Source: Planctomycetota bacterium
Lineage (GTDB): Bacteria > Planctomycetota > SZUA-567 > H5-PLA8
Assembly: GCA_038227875.1 (NCBI GenBank)
Contig: JBBRPR010000005.1
Coordinates: 128,001 to 192,000, forward strand
Reading direction: 5' to 3'
Length of the DNA: 64,000 bases
Each line of letters begins with the position of its first letter. Within the stretch, counting starts at the first letter, position 1. The translations under genes were made by a program, and so were the position numbers. Below, piece by piece: positions 9,742-20,295 of the stretch. The notes beneath the pieces are model-generated. The model was not told the origin of the DNA. It searched no databases and saw only the letters and a list, made by a program, of their open reading frames with translations.

Positions 9742-12700
9742 GTGAAAACCATGCTCGCCGTCCTCTCCTTGGTCCTTTCCATCGGCGCAGCCCATGCCGC
9801 TCAGTTGGAGATTGATCTGCCGCTGGCGCGCCACGCCTACCAGACCAATGAACAGATTTACCTGGCGGTTGTCCGCTCCGATGCCAACGCGCTCAGCGCC
9901 GGCAATCTCACGCTGACGATCACCACCACCGACGGCAGCAAGATGCTCTTCGACTTCCCCGTCAAAGCCGCTCCGGTCGCCGGAAAAGACGCGCGCTGCG
10001 TCGAACACGTGCTGCTCAACGGCTGGCTGCTGCGTCCCGGAAATTACAAAGTCGAAGCCGCCTGCGACGGCACCACCGCGGTGGCGGGCTTTGAAGTCTT
10101 CAGCCACATTCGCAAGAGCAGCTTTATCCTGGCCGATTGGGGCAATCACGCGGCGAAAAACCAGCAGGTGCTGTTGGGTGAAGACAGCGTCGGCTTCAAT
10201 CTCAATCTCGCCGGTTACGGCGGCATCATCCCCGATGAAATGATCCAGGCCGGCACCGATTTCATGCGCTGCTGTACGATGGGCGGCGCGCATCAGATGG
10301 ACATGCGCCATGAATGCGACTGGTCCGATCCGTACGTGCTCCACGGCAGCGAAGCCCGCGTCGTCCGTGAGGCGATGCAGGACCGCACTTCCGGCAACTG
10401 CATGGGCGTCCACTTCTACGACGAACCCGGCCTGACCTGGTGGAAGAATCCGAAGACCGACACCTTTGTACCCGACAACATTCCCGCGCAGGACCGCTCG
10501 TTCTTCAATGCGTTCGGCAAACCGTGCATTCAGTATCAGGATGTCAAACCCAACGACCCGGCCAGCGTTGCCCAGTGGAAGTTCCTCGGCAACTGGAAGC
10601 TCTCCTTCATGGATGCCGCGTGGAAGTACAGCGCCTTCGGCGTCAGCGACGTGAAGTCCGACTTCCTCTCCGTCACGCAAAGCGTCTACGGCTGGAGTTC
10701 CTACTGCGACGGCTATTACTTTCCGATCACGCGCTCGCTGCCGGTGATCAGCGGCCACGGCGGCTACGACGACCTGGGCTCCGGCTACATGTTTCCGTCG
10801 TTCACTTTCGAATTCGGCCGCATGCGCGAACTCAACAAGCCCAACTGGTACCTGCCGGTCTGGTACCTGGGCACCAACAGCGACCATTTCCGCTGTGAGC
10901 AGTACCTCTCCTTCATGAACAATCTTCAAGGCATGATGACCCCGCCGGATCACCGCGTCCATACGCCGTCAGCCGACCCCAATGGCATTGACGGCATCGT
11001 TGAGTCGAACAAGCTTTTCGCGCGGCTGGGCACGATCTTCACCACCATGCCCGTGACGCGCCCGCCGGCGGCCGTGCTCTACTCGATGTCGCACAATCTT
11101 CACGCGCAGTCGCAGGACCTGATCAAGAATCCCGCCAACAACTTCGGCAACCACATGAACGCACTGCAATCCATCTACCTGGCCAGCAAGCTCAACCAGA
11201 CGCCGGTCTTCCCCATCGTCGATGAGGACATCCTCGACGGCACGCTCGCCGCGAACCACAAAGCCGTGATCCTCGGCGGCATCGACTTTCTCGACCCGAA
11301 GGTCATCGCGACGCTGGAGACCTATGCGGCCGACGGCGGACTGGTGCTGCTCACCGACGATTGCAAGGTGACCATCAAGGGCAGCACCAAGCTGGGCATC
11401 CCTGTCGACTACGCCCTCTACGACGCAATCAACAAGGCGTACACCGAAAAGAATATGCCCGAAGTCTGGCGCTTGGACGTCGTGCCCAACTACTTCAAGA
11501 GCTGCGCCGGGCTGGCGACGGCGTTGAAGGCCAAGCTGGGAGCCGCCGGCATTCAGCCGGTCTTCGAAACCGAAAGCGCCACGCTCGCGGCCTCGCGCCA
11601 GGCGCTGGGCGATGTGGAGTACGACTTCGCCGTCAACATCACGCCCGATCCGACCCGCCTTGGCAAGAACAACCTCAAGCCGCTGACCGCCAGCATCGGA
11701 CTGCCCGGCGACGACCGCCCGATCTACGACGCGATCACGGGCGGACCCGCCACACAGTTCGCCAAAAAGGGCGCGACGCTCTCAGCCGACTTCCGATTCG
11801 GCCCCGGCGAGATGCGCGTCTTCGCGCGCACCGCGCGGCCCATCGGCAGCGTGCAAGTCATGCCGCCGGTCGTCTACAAGGACTACACGCTCCAGAAGAA
11901 TCCCATTCGCCTCGACCTGACCGCGATGGTCGCCGACACCAAGGGGCGCATCCTTTCCGGCTCAATTCCCCTGCAGATTCGCGTCACCGATCCGCTCGGC
12001 GCCGTGCGCTTCGAACTCTTCCGTGCCACCGATAGGGGCACCTGCCACGTCGAACTGCCGCTGGCCGTGAACGACGCCAACGGTCAGTGGACGGTGACCG
12101 TGCGCGAGCTGCTGGCCAACACCGAAGACACGGCGACCTTCGCCTACGGCACGCCCAAGAGCTGCGGCGCATTGGCCGGCGCAATTCCGCGCGCCACCTA
12201 CTTCAGCGACGACCGTTCGCACATCTTCAAGTTCTTCCGCACACACCGAATGGTCACCATTGTCGCCGGCTCGAGTTCCTACGACCGAGCCGCGGCCGAA
12301 CGGATCAGCGCCAGCCTCAAGCCCTGGGACGTGACGTCGACCATCGTCGACGCGGCGGACGTCAGCAAGCCCCGCACGCTCACGGAAGAGGAAGCGAAAT
12401 CCTGGACCGGCATGATGGGCGGCACGAAAAAGCCCGCGGACGCCAATCTCCGCAACGTCGGCTTCGCGCTGCAGGGACCGGCGATCCTGGTCGGCACACC
12501 GGATGACAATCCGATGATCAAGTTCGCGCAGGACGAACATTTTCTGCCGTACGTGGCTGACAAAGTGAACTTCCCCGGCGCCGGCCGCGGTTACCTGGCC
12601 TGGCAGCGCGACGCCATCGGCTATGGGCAGGAATCGCTGACCGTCATCGCCTTCGATGCAGAGGGCATGGACGAAGCCGCCGGCACGCTCTACGAAGCGG

Positions 12701-14154
12701 CGGCCGGCATCGATCCGGTAATGGCGCTTAACATTCCGTTGACCAGCACCGTCTCACCGGCATCGCAGTACGAAAAAATTCCCGCGCTGAAAGCCGCCTG
12801 GCGCACCGCGCTGCCCGACAACGCGGCCAGTCACAAGCTGCTGGCCGACGGCAGCCTGTTGGTGCTCACCAAGGACGGCTCGCTGACGAAACTGGACGCC
12901 GCCGGAAAGTCTGCGTGGTCCAAGGGCTTCGACGGCGCTGAAAAGTGGACGCTCGATGCCGCCGCCGATGGCAGCCTGATCGTCGTCGGCGCGTCACAGC
13001 ATCTGCTGGGCTTTGATGCCAGCGGCAAGCAACTCTTTGACACGCCCTTCACGTTCCACGAACCCGGTCGCGAGGGAACTCCCGTCTCGCCGTGCGTGTT
13101 CGTGGCCATCTCTCCCGACAAGAGCCAGATTGCCGCATCCGCCCTGAACGGCCATCTGATGATGTTCGACACGCAAGGCAAACAGAAGTGGACCGTCGGC
13201 GGCGTGACCGACGAGGAGTTCGCCAAGTGGCAAGCCGACACGAAGGAATGGGAATCCGGCATCGACAAGCGCGCCAAGGAGCAGGCTGAATTCAAGCCTA
13301 TCAACGATGCGTTCAAGCTCACGCAGAAAGCCTGGGACGATGGCGCGAAGGAACGCGAAGCGAAGACCAACGAGTTCAAAAAAGCGCATGATAAATGGGC
13401 CCGCGACGTGAAGGCATGGGAGAAGACCAAGGATGGCGAGAAGCCGGTTGAACCGGCCGCGCCCGTGCTGCCGCCCAAGCCGGAAGCGCCGAAGGGTCCG
13501 CCCAATCCGCCGCGCCCCCAGCAGCCCAAGCCGATGCCGTTCAATTCGGGTTTCTTCACCACCGACGGCAAGGCGCTGATCTGCGTCGTCGACAACGGTT
13601 TCGTCGCCGTCGATACGGAAAAAGGAACTGTTGGCGCCAAGCAGGGTGGATTTAAAGTCGGCACGCCGTTCTTCAAACATGGCGACGACATCGTGATGAC
13701 CGACGGCCAGTCGAAAGTCTCGCTCTTCTCTCTCGCCGCGAATAAAGTCACCAAGCAACTGGCGCTGACGTGGGCCGACATCGACCCGAAGACCAACAAG
13801 CCGCGCCAGAATCCCATCGGCGTCTATTCCATGGTTCCCAACGGAGATGGCCTATTGATCGCCGGTGAAGTCGATTCCACCGTCTACGCCGTAAAGTCGC
13901 TGGAAGGCGAGCAAGCGCAGGCCGTGACGTGGCAGTACAAGGACCCGCGCCGCCTGGTGAAGTACATCACCGTCGCCAACAACCTCGCCGCCGTCGTTTA
14001 CTTCGGCGGCTGGATGACGGTGCTTGACGCGACGACCGGCGCGCCGAAGTACGCCCAGAATCTCGGCCAGGACGCCACCTTCGCCGAGTGGAGCGGCGCG
14101 GCCCTGCTGGTCGGCACCGCCGACGGACGTATCACCGCACTATCGGAGAAGTGA
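9742..14154 (+). CDS. Large secreted multidomain protein (putative glycoside-hydrolase-like barrel, trimerisation-like domain, Ig-like domain, C-terminal beta-propeller)
   Basis: Signal peptide ending AAHA-A; FYDEPG motif; AVLYS...HKAVILGG segment; C-terminal WD/PQQ-like repeats; strongly coding codon usage. Confidence 0.75.
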   Translation: MKTMLAVLSLVLSIGAAHAAQLEIDLPLARHAYQTNEQIYLAVVRSDANALSAGNLTLTITTTDGSKMLFDFPVKAAPVAGKDARCVEHVLLNGWLLRPGNYKVEAACDGTTAVAGFEVFSHIRKSSFILADWGNHAAKNQQVLLGEDSVGFNLNLAGYGGIIPDEMIQAGTDFMRCCTMGGAHQMDMRHECDWSDPYVLHGSEARVVREAMQDRTSGNCMGVHFYDEPGLTWWKNPKTDTFVPDNIPAQDRSFFNAFGKPCIQYQDVKPNDPASVAQWKFLGNWKLSFMDAAWKYSAFGVSDVKSDFLSVTQSVYGWSSYCDGYYFPITRSLPVISGHGGYDDLGSGYMFPSFTFEFGRMRELNKPNWYLPVWYLGTNSDHFRCEQYLSFMNNLQGMMTPPDHRVHTPSADPNGIDGIVESNKLFARLGTIFTTMPVTRPPAAVLYSMSHNLHAQSQDLIKNPANNFGNHMNALQSIYLASKLNQTPVFPIVDEDILDGTLAANHKAVILGGIDFLDPKVIATLETYAADGGLVLLTDDCKVTIKGSTKLGIPVDYALYDAINKAYTEKNMPEVWRLDVVPNYFKSCAGLATALKAKLGAAGIQPVFETESATLAASRQALGDVEYDFAVNITPDPTRLGKNNLKPLTASIGLPGDDRPIYDAITGGPATQFAKKGATLSADFRFGPGEMRVFARTARPIGSVQVMPPVVYKDYTLQKNPIRLDLTAMVADTKGRILSGSIPLQIRVTDPLGAVRFELFRATDRGTCHVELPLAVNDANGQWTVTVRELLANTEDTATFAYGTPKSCGALAGAIPRATYFSDDRSHIFKFFRTHRMVTIVAGSSSYDRAAAERISASLKPWDVTSTIVDAADVSKPRTLTEEEAKSWTGMMGGTKKPADANLRNVGFALQGPAILVGTPDDNPMIKFAQDEHFLPYVADKVNFPGAGRGYLAWQRDAIGYGQESLTVIAFDAEGMDEAAGTLYEAAAGIDPVMALNIPLTSTVSPASQYEKIPALKAAWRTALPDNAASHKLLADGSLLVLTKDGSLTKLDAAGKSAWSKGFDGAEKWTLDAAADGSLIVVGASQHLLGFDASGKQLFDTPFTFHEPGREGTPVSPCVFVAISPDKSQIAASALNGHLMMFDTQGKQKWTVGGVTDEEFAKWQADTKEWESGIDKRAKEQAEFKPINDAFKLTQKAWDDGAKEREAKTNEFKKAHDKWARDVKAWEKTKDGEKPVEPAAPVLPPKPEAPKGPPNPPRPQQPKPMPFNSGFFTTDGKALICVVDNGFVAVDTEKGTVGAKQGGFKVGTPFFKHGDDIVMTDGQSKVSLFSLAANKVTKQLALTWADIDPKTNKPRQNPIGVYSMVPNGDGLLIAGEVDSTVYAVKSLEGEQAQAVTWQYKDPRRLVKYITVANNLAAVVYFGGWMTVLDATTGAPKYAQNLGQDATFAEWSGAALLVGTADGRITALSEK

Positions 14155-14175
14155 AGGGCTGAGGACTGAGGACTG

Positions 14176-14210
14176 AAAAAAACGAGCCGCTTTAAGCGGC
14201 TCGCTTTATT
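14176..14210. terminator. Bidirectional Rho-independent terminator
   Basis: A-tract, CGAGCCGCT/AGCGGCTCG stem, T-rich tail; lies between convergent genes. Confidence 0.8.
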
Positions 14211-14233
14211 GCAGGCGCAAAGCGCCGCCGCCG

Positions 14234-14261
14234 TTCTCCCCCCCTTGAAAAGGGGGGAGAA
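14234..14261. repeat. C/G-run hairpin (REP-like or second terminator)
   Basis: TTCTCCCCCCCTTGAAAAGGGGGGAGAA. Confidence 0.5.
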
Positions 14262-14267
14262 TGGTGC

Positions 14268-14912
14268 TCACGCTTCTTCCCCATGTAACCGGTGGACCGA
14301 GTCGATCTGATCAGGGCTCGAGATCACGCAGTTGAGGTGGCGCAGGCGGCCGTCGGTCAGTTCGTAGATCCAGCCATGCACGCAGAGCTCCTGGCCACGC
14401 TTCCATGCGTTCTGGATGATCGTGGTGTGGCAGACGTTCAGCGCCTGGCGGATCACGTTCAATTCGGCCAGGCGGTTGTAGCGCAGCCGCTCGTCAGCGA
14501 TGGCATTGAGCTCCGTCTTGTGATGCGCGTAGATGTCACGGATGTTGCGCAGCCAGTTGTCGGCCAGCCCCATCTGCGATTGGCGCATCGCCGCTAAAAC
14601 GCCGCTGCAGCCGTAATGGCCGCAGACAATCACGTGCTTGACCTTCAACACTTCGACCGCGAACTGGATCACCGACAAGCAATTGAAGTCGGTGTTCAAC
14701 GCGAGGTTCGCGACGTTGCGGTGGACGAAGACTTCGCCCGGCTCCAGGCCAATCACCTGATTGGCCGGAATGCGGCTATCGGAGCAACCGATCCAGAGGT
14801 ACTCCGGCGACTGCTGCAGCGAAAGCCGCTTGAAGAAATTCGGATCGGTCGCGATTCGCGACTCCGACCACTGGCGGTTCTTCTCGAACAGGTGTTCCAA
14901 TTCTTCTTTCAC
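14268..14912 (-). CDS. can: Beta-class carbonic anhydrase
   Basis: WIGCSDSR, FVHRNVAN, VCGHYGC Zn ligands; GTG 14912 after GGAGG. Confidence 0.95.
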   Translation of the reverse strand: MKEELEHLFEKNRQWSESRIATDPNFFKRLSLQQSPEYLWIGCSDSRIPANQVIGLEPGEVFVHRNVANLALNTDFNCLSVIQFAVEVLKVKHVIVCGHYGCSGVLAAMRQSQMGLADNWLRNIRDIYAHHKTELNAIADERLRYNRLAELNVIRQALNVCHTTIIQNAWKRGQELCVHGWIYELTDGRLRHLNCVISSPDQIDSVHRLHGEEA

Positions 14913-14995
14913 ACGTCCCTCCAACAAAATTGTGGTGAGGGCGCAGAATACCGGAAGACCCGCCGCTTGACGAGTGAACCTCGCAATTCAAATTT

Positions 14996-15018
14996 TGCAG
15001 GCGGGACGCCTGCACCAC
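14996..15018. repeat. REP-like palindrome
   Basis: TGCAGGCG-GGA-CGCCTGCA-CCAC; similar architecture to 56308-56328. Confidence 0.6.
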
Positions 15019-15025
15019 AAACGGG

Positions 15026-15808
<783 letters not shown>

Positions 15809-15844
15809 CTTCAAATCCTCCCGCGCGTGATCACAGAGGTAAGA

Positions 15845-16921
15845 CTACTCCACTAATTTAACCGTGCGCTTCTCTTTTGCGCTGAGCACCGCCGAATCCA
15901 CGATCTGCTGGCCGATGCGGCAGATCTGCGGCGAGAGCGGACCTTCGACCGGCTTGTGGTGCTCAATGCAGTCGAGAAAGTATTCGATCGGGTTGCGGTA
16001 CGGCGCGGCGAGCACATCGACGGGAAGGTCGTAGCCTTCCGGCCGCGCGTTGGTCTGGATGCGGATGGTTTGCGCATAGTCGTAGCTGGCGATCGTGCCC
16101 TGCGTGCCGACGATGACGAAACCGCACTTGGGCTGCGGCTGGAGCGTCCATGGATCGGAGAAGGTGCCCCAGCGCGTCTCGAATTTTGAGAGCCCCGACG
16201 CATAGCGCGCGATAGTGATGCTGTGTTCGTCGACGGACAAGCCCAGCGGCTCGTCGACCACAGCCGTGACTTCCAGCGGCGACTTACCGCCGTGAAACCA
16301 CGTGCCCAGGGTCGTGCCATAACCGAGATAGTCGAGCAGCGAGCCGCCGCCGGATTCCTTCTGGTAGAACCAGCTCTTCGATTTTTCGCGCGCGGCGGTG
16401 AGCGGATCGATCTCCACCTTGTCGGCGACGTGGCGCATCGGGCCGCGGTTGCCGTCGTAGTAGTGAACTTCGATCACCACGCCGATCAGCTTCTCGTCGA
16501 TCAGCCGCTTGGTCGTCACGTGCGGCGGATACCAGCGCAGCGGCCAGTTGATCGCCAGTTGCTTGCCGGTCTTCTTCAACGCGGCGACCATCGCATCGGC
16601 TTCGGCCAGCGTCGCGGCGAAGGGCTTCTCGACCAGCACGTGAGCTCCGAACGGCGCGACCTTCTCCGTCCATTTTCCGTGCTGCGCAGTGGCGGGGCAG
16701 AGCAGCACAACGTCAGGTGCGGTCTGGTCGAGGCACTTGGCGTAATCAGTGAAAACGCGCTCGGGCGGAATCTTGAAATTCTTGATCGCTGCGCGCATGC
16801 GGTCGGGCGTTTCGTCAGCGATGCCCACGATCTCCGCGTTGGGATGTTCGTGCGCCATGCGCAGCAGGTCGCCCATATGCATGTGGTCGAAGTTGATGCC
16901 GGCGATCTTCCATTTTTTCAT
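15845..16921 (-). CDS. Gfo/Idh/MocA family oxidoreductase
   Basis: HVLVEKP, GGGSLLDYLGY, N-terminal Rossmann-like fold. Confidence 0.9.
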   Translation of the reverse strand: MKKWKIAGINFDHMHMGDLLRMAHEHPNAEIVGIADETPDRMRAAIKNFKIPPERVFTDYAKCLDQTAPDVVLLCPATAQHGKWTEKVAPFGAHVLVEKPFAATLAEADAMVAALKKTGKQLAINWPLRWYPPHVTTKRLIDEKLIGVVIEVHYYDGNRGPMRHVADKVEIDPLTAAREKSKSWFYQKESGGGSLLDYLGYGTTLGTWFHGGKSPLEVTAVVDEPLGLSVDEHSITIARYASGLSKFETRWGTFSDPWTLQPQPKCGFVIVGTQGTIASYDYAQTIRIQTNARPEGYDLPVDVLAAPYRNPIEYFLDCIEHHKPVEGPLSPQICRIGQQIVDSAVLSAKEKRTVKLVE

Positions 16922-17095
16922 AACGACGCTCCCGAGCAATGCTCATGGCAGCTTGAAAGTGCAGTAAGAGAATGATGCAACGATTGGGCGTTTTCGAACA
17001 GCCAGAAAGTGGAAAAATGCTCAACTCAGCCGGGCACCAATTGGTGCCCGGCCGAGTTGAGCGCGATTCAAGCCATTGTTGCCGGACGAGTAGAC

Positions 17096-18103
17096 TTACA
17101 CCGGCAGGAATTGGTCGGCGAGCATCTCGGCGTAGCGCTGGTTGGCTTCGCGGGTGCGGCCAGCGTTGTGCGGGGTGTGGACGACATTGTCGCGGCCGAG
17201 CAGCGGGTCGTTGAGCGGCAGCGGTTCGATGTCGAAAACATCGGCGGCCAACGCGAGTTCGTTGGCCATCACGCGCCGGCGCACGGCGGCCATGTCGCAG
17301 ATGCCCGCGCGGGTCACCATCACGACGAGACAGCCTTTGGGCAGCGCGTTGATGTGGCGCTCGGTGACGATGCCTTTGGTCGAATCCATCAGCGGAACCA
17401 TCGGCACGAAAATCTCAGCGTCCTGGACGAGGCGGTCGAGATGGTGCTCACGCCGCGAGGACGCGCGGTGGAAGCACGGTTCGCTGGCGAACGGATCCCA
17501 CGCCGCGACATCCGCGCCGAAGAAACTGGCGAAGCTGGCGTAACGGCTGGCAATGTTCCCCGCGCCGACAATGCGCACGCGCTTGCCTTCCAGCGTGCCG
17601 TTGGTGAAGCGGCTGTCGTCGCCGTACTGGCCGGCGCGCGCGCCGGGGCGGCCGACGCCGCCGGGCGGAGAATAATCCCACGGCTTCAGGTCGGAGAGAA
17701 TCTGATGGTGCGTCTGCGGAATCCGGCGCAGCGCGCTGAGCGTCAGCGCGAAGCCGAACTCAGAGACCGACTGCCCCCAGAAGCCTTCGGAGGTGTGCTT
17801 GATCAGGCGCACGCCGGCGCTTTTGAAACGCGCCGCCAAGTCTTCATCGACGCGGCCAGCGCAGGCGATTTCTTTCAGCGCCGGCATTTTCGCGAGGCAC
17901 TCTTTGGTGAACGGAACGCCCAGCGACACCAGGCGCGTAAGCGAGGCCGGATCGCGCAGGACTTCGCTGGCGCGGCGCTTGTCACCGGGCTCGACGCGGT
18001 GGAACTCCACTGCGCCCTGCTTCTTCCACAGCTCGTGAAAATGATCGGCTGCGAACGACCAGCTGCTTTCAAATCCACTGTCGACCAGAATGGCGCTCTG
18101 CAT
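17096..18103 (-). CDS. D-isomer-specific 2-hydroxyacid dehydrogenase family protein
   Basis: IVGAGNIA, VTRAG, AADVFDIEPL, HTPHNAG. Confidence 0.9.
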   Translation of the reverse strand: MQSAILVDSGFESSWSFAADHFHELWKKQGAVEFHRVEPGDKRRASEVLRDPASLTRLVSLGVPFTKECLAKMPALKEIACAGRVDEDLAARFKSAGVRLIKHTSEGFWGQSVSEFGFALTLSALRRIPQTHHQILSDLKPWDYSPPGGVGRPGARAGQYGDDSRFTNGTLEGKRVRIVGAGNIASRYASFASFFGADVAAWDPFASEPCFHRASSRREHHLDRLVQDAEIFVPMVPLMDSTKGIVTERHINALPKGCLVVMVTRAGICDMAAVRRRVMANELALAADVFDIEPLPLNDPLLGRDNVVHTPHNAGRTREANQRYAEMLADQFLPV

Positions 18104-18109
18104 GGTGTT

Positions 18110-18985
18110 TTAACTCCTGCTGAAGTCGAGCCAGTTGGCGTCGAGGACTGGGGCTGAGGCTGTTCCACAGAAAACGTAAGCACGGTGCTTGTAGACGGCC
18201 TTCTCGCCGGCGCGGATCGTCCAGGCTCCCGCAATGCAGCGGCTGGGCGCGATGCCGAGTTGGCCATCGACGCGCCACGGCACGGGATGCTCGGCGTTGG
18301 CCGGATGATCGAAAATGGCGATGCCCGCTTCCCGGCCGGCGGCGCTGCGGCCTTCGATCGGCATATGGACGGCGACCCACTTGGCGCGCTGCGCTTCCGC
18401 CGCGCCGTTGAGCTGGCCGGCGCTGTTGAGCGCCGTGCCGCCGCGCTCCGGGTGGTACGGCATGCGCAGAAAGAGACCGCCGTAGGAATGCTTGCCGAAG
18501 GTCAGATCGACTTTCGCGGCGAGCGTCCACGTGAGGTCGAGCCAGTAATCGGCGACGTTGTCAGTGAGTTCCCAGCTCTGCGTTTCGACAATCATGTCGT
18601 CGTGCTTCGGGCTACGCCAGAATGTCTCGACGTTCCACGCCGCACGATTGGCGCGCAGCGTCGGCGACTTCAAGGGTTGCGGATGGAATGTGCCGTCGGT
18701 CTTGCTTCCGGTCAGGCCTTCGGTCCAGAAGCCGACGCCGTTGACGTCGTTGAGTCCGACGTAAAGACCGTGCTGCCATTTGTGGTGCGGCGGCGCGTTC
18801 TCGGTGAGCACACCGAGGCCGTCGGGCGCGAAGAGCGGATGGATGTACGGACGTTGATCCTCGGCTGCGTTCTGAATCACCAGCGGTTGTCCGTTGCCGC
18901 GTTGGATGCTGATGCAATCGTGCGTGTGGCGGGCGCTGAGCGCGAAAGCGGGAGTCGTGTGCGGGGTCTGATTCATGTGCTTCAT
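18110..18985 (-). CDS. DUF6807 ('PmoA-like') family protein
   Basis: RPYIHPL, HHKWQHGL, YGGLFLRM, DHPAN..HP.PW motifs. Confidence 0.75.
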   Translation of the reverse strand: MKHMNQTPHTTPAFALSARHTHDCISIQRGNGQPLVIQNAAEDQRPYIHPLFAPDGLGVLTENAPPHHKWQHGLYVGLNDVNGVGFWTEGLTGSKTDGTFHPQPLKSPTLRANRAAWNVETFWRSPKHDDMIVETQSWELTDNVADYWLDLTWTLAAKVDLTFGKHSYGGLFLRMPYHPERGGTALNSAGQLNGAAEAQRAKWVAVHMPIEGRSAAGREAGIAIFDHPANAEHPVPWRVDGQLGIAPSRCIAGAWTIRAGEKAVYKHRAYVFCGTASAPVLDANWLDFSRS

Positions 18986-19021
18986 TCAAACATGTCCGGT
19001 GGGATTCCGCCATTTCAATGC

Positions 19022-19157
19022 GTTGTACGATTACGCTCTATCTGTTGTACGATATTGACTCTAAGAATCGAACTGTGCGCTGATTCTATGGACAAAAATG
19101 AGAAGTCGCCGTGAATTCGTTGTACGAAATGGACTCTGCATTGTACTATTTTTGTCG
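19022..19157. promoter_or_regulatory. Two pairs of direct repeats, probable AraC-family operator sites
   Basis: TTGTAC(G/T)A at 19023, 19045, 19120 and 19141 (22 and 21 bp spacing) in the divergent intergenic region. Confidence 0.6.
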
Positions 19158-19171
19158 ACTAATGGAGAGCC

Positions 19172-20128
19172 GTGATGCGCTCGTCGCCTGAAACCGTGGT
19201 CTGTTACGACGTGAATTCCAGTGCGCCGCTGCGCTGTACGTCCTGCGGCGTGCGCGATCCGCAGGGACCGTTCGCGCAGCCGCGGCGCATCCTTCCCGAC
19301 TTCGTCGCATTCCTGGTGGTGCGTGGCGAGATTTTTCTGACCGATTTCATGCCCAACGGCGACGAATCGGTGCGCGTGGGGCCCGGCGAAATTCACATCA
19401 TCGCGCCGGGACTGCCTCAGGCCAGCACCGTGCCCTTCGCCGCGGGGATCAAATTTCTCTGGTTCCATTTCAACTTCAACACCGAGTACCGGCTCTGCGT
19501 GCGCCACGAGGCCGCCGCGATCGTCAATTCTTTCCACGCGCCGAATTCCGAAGCCAAGTCCGCGCCCACTTCCGCACGCCGGCCGCAGCGGAGCTGGCTG
19601 ATTCCCCGCCACTTGGCGCTGGGGCAGGATCTCCACGCGCTGACGGCGATGCACTCCGAACTCGACGACAACATCAAGCTCTGGGGCGTCGACGATCCCG
19701 GCAGCCGCGACATCTGCGCACACATGGTCTATGCGCTGCACCGCTGTTTCGCGCAGGAGATCCTGCGCAGCAACAGCCTTGGCCGCACCGCGCCGGAGCT
19801 CGCGCACGTCGGCCGGGCGCGCAACTTTATCCGCCTGAATTTCGCGAAGCAGATTTCGCTGGCCGAAGTCGCCGACGCGCTTTCGCTCAATCCGTCCTAC
19901 CTGAGCCGCTGTTTCAAGCGCGTGACCGGCGAGACGGTCGTGGAATTTCTGATGAAGACGCGCATCGACGCCGCGAAGTCGCTGCTGACCACGGGCGACC
20001 ACGTCCCGCCGATCAAGGAAGTCGCGTACACAAGCGGGTTCAACTCCGCCGCGTACTTTTGCCGCGTCTTCCGGCGCTGCGAACGGACGACGCCGCTGGA
20101 TTTTGCGAAAGCCGTGCGGCCGGACTGA
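19172..20128 (+). CDS. AraC family transcriptional regulator
   Basis: Cupin N-terminus ending WFHF; HTH SYLSRCFKRVTG...IKEVAYTSGFNSAAYFCRVF. Confidence 0.93.
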   Translation: MMRSSPETVVCYDVNSSAPLRCTSCGVRDPQGPFAQPRRILPDFVAFLVVRGEIFLTDFMPNGDESVRVGPGEIHIIAPGLPQASTVPFAAGIKFLWFHFNFNTEYRLCVRHEAAAIVNSFHAPNSEAKSAPTSARRPQRSWLIPRHLALGQDLHALTAMHSELDDNIKLWGVDDPGSRDICAHMVYALHRCFAQEILRSNSLGRTAPELAHVGRARNFIRLNFAKQISLAEVADALSLNPSYLSRCFKRVTGETVVEFLMKTRIDAAKSLLTTGDHVPPIKEVAYTSGFNSAAYFCRVFRRCERTTPLDFAKAVRPD

Positions 20129-20200
20129 CATGCGAATCCCGTCGCATCGCGCGACTCGTATCCATCCGTTCACAGTCGAATATTAACCGCCGGTGCCGAG

Positions 20201-20216
20201 TGGCCCCGACTTTGCA
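20201..20216 (+). promoter_or_regulatory. Sigma54-type -24/-12 promoter upstream of the giant glycosyltransferase gene
   Basis: TGGCCCCGACTTTGCA, GG-N10-GC with canonical TTGCA. Confidence 0.6.
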
Positions 20217-20295
20217 ACTCTGCCATCCTAAAGTTCCAAGCTGTAAATTTTGCCGATGGCAGTGCACGCAAAATCGATGGGGGAGACTACTGGTT

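Noticed and set aside
18110..18985. Methane monooxygenase subunit
   Set aside because: 'PmoA' is only a legacy family label; the protein is soluble, has no TM helices, and pmoB/pmoC are absent
20059..20295. N-terminal extension of the 1806-aa ORF
   Set aside because: Overlaps the AraC gene end and the candidate promoter; the RBS supports ATG 20296
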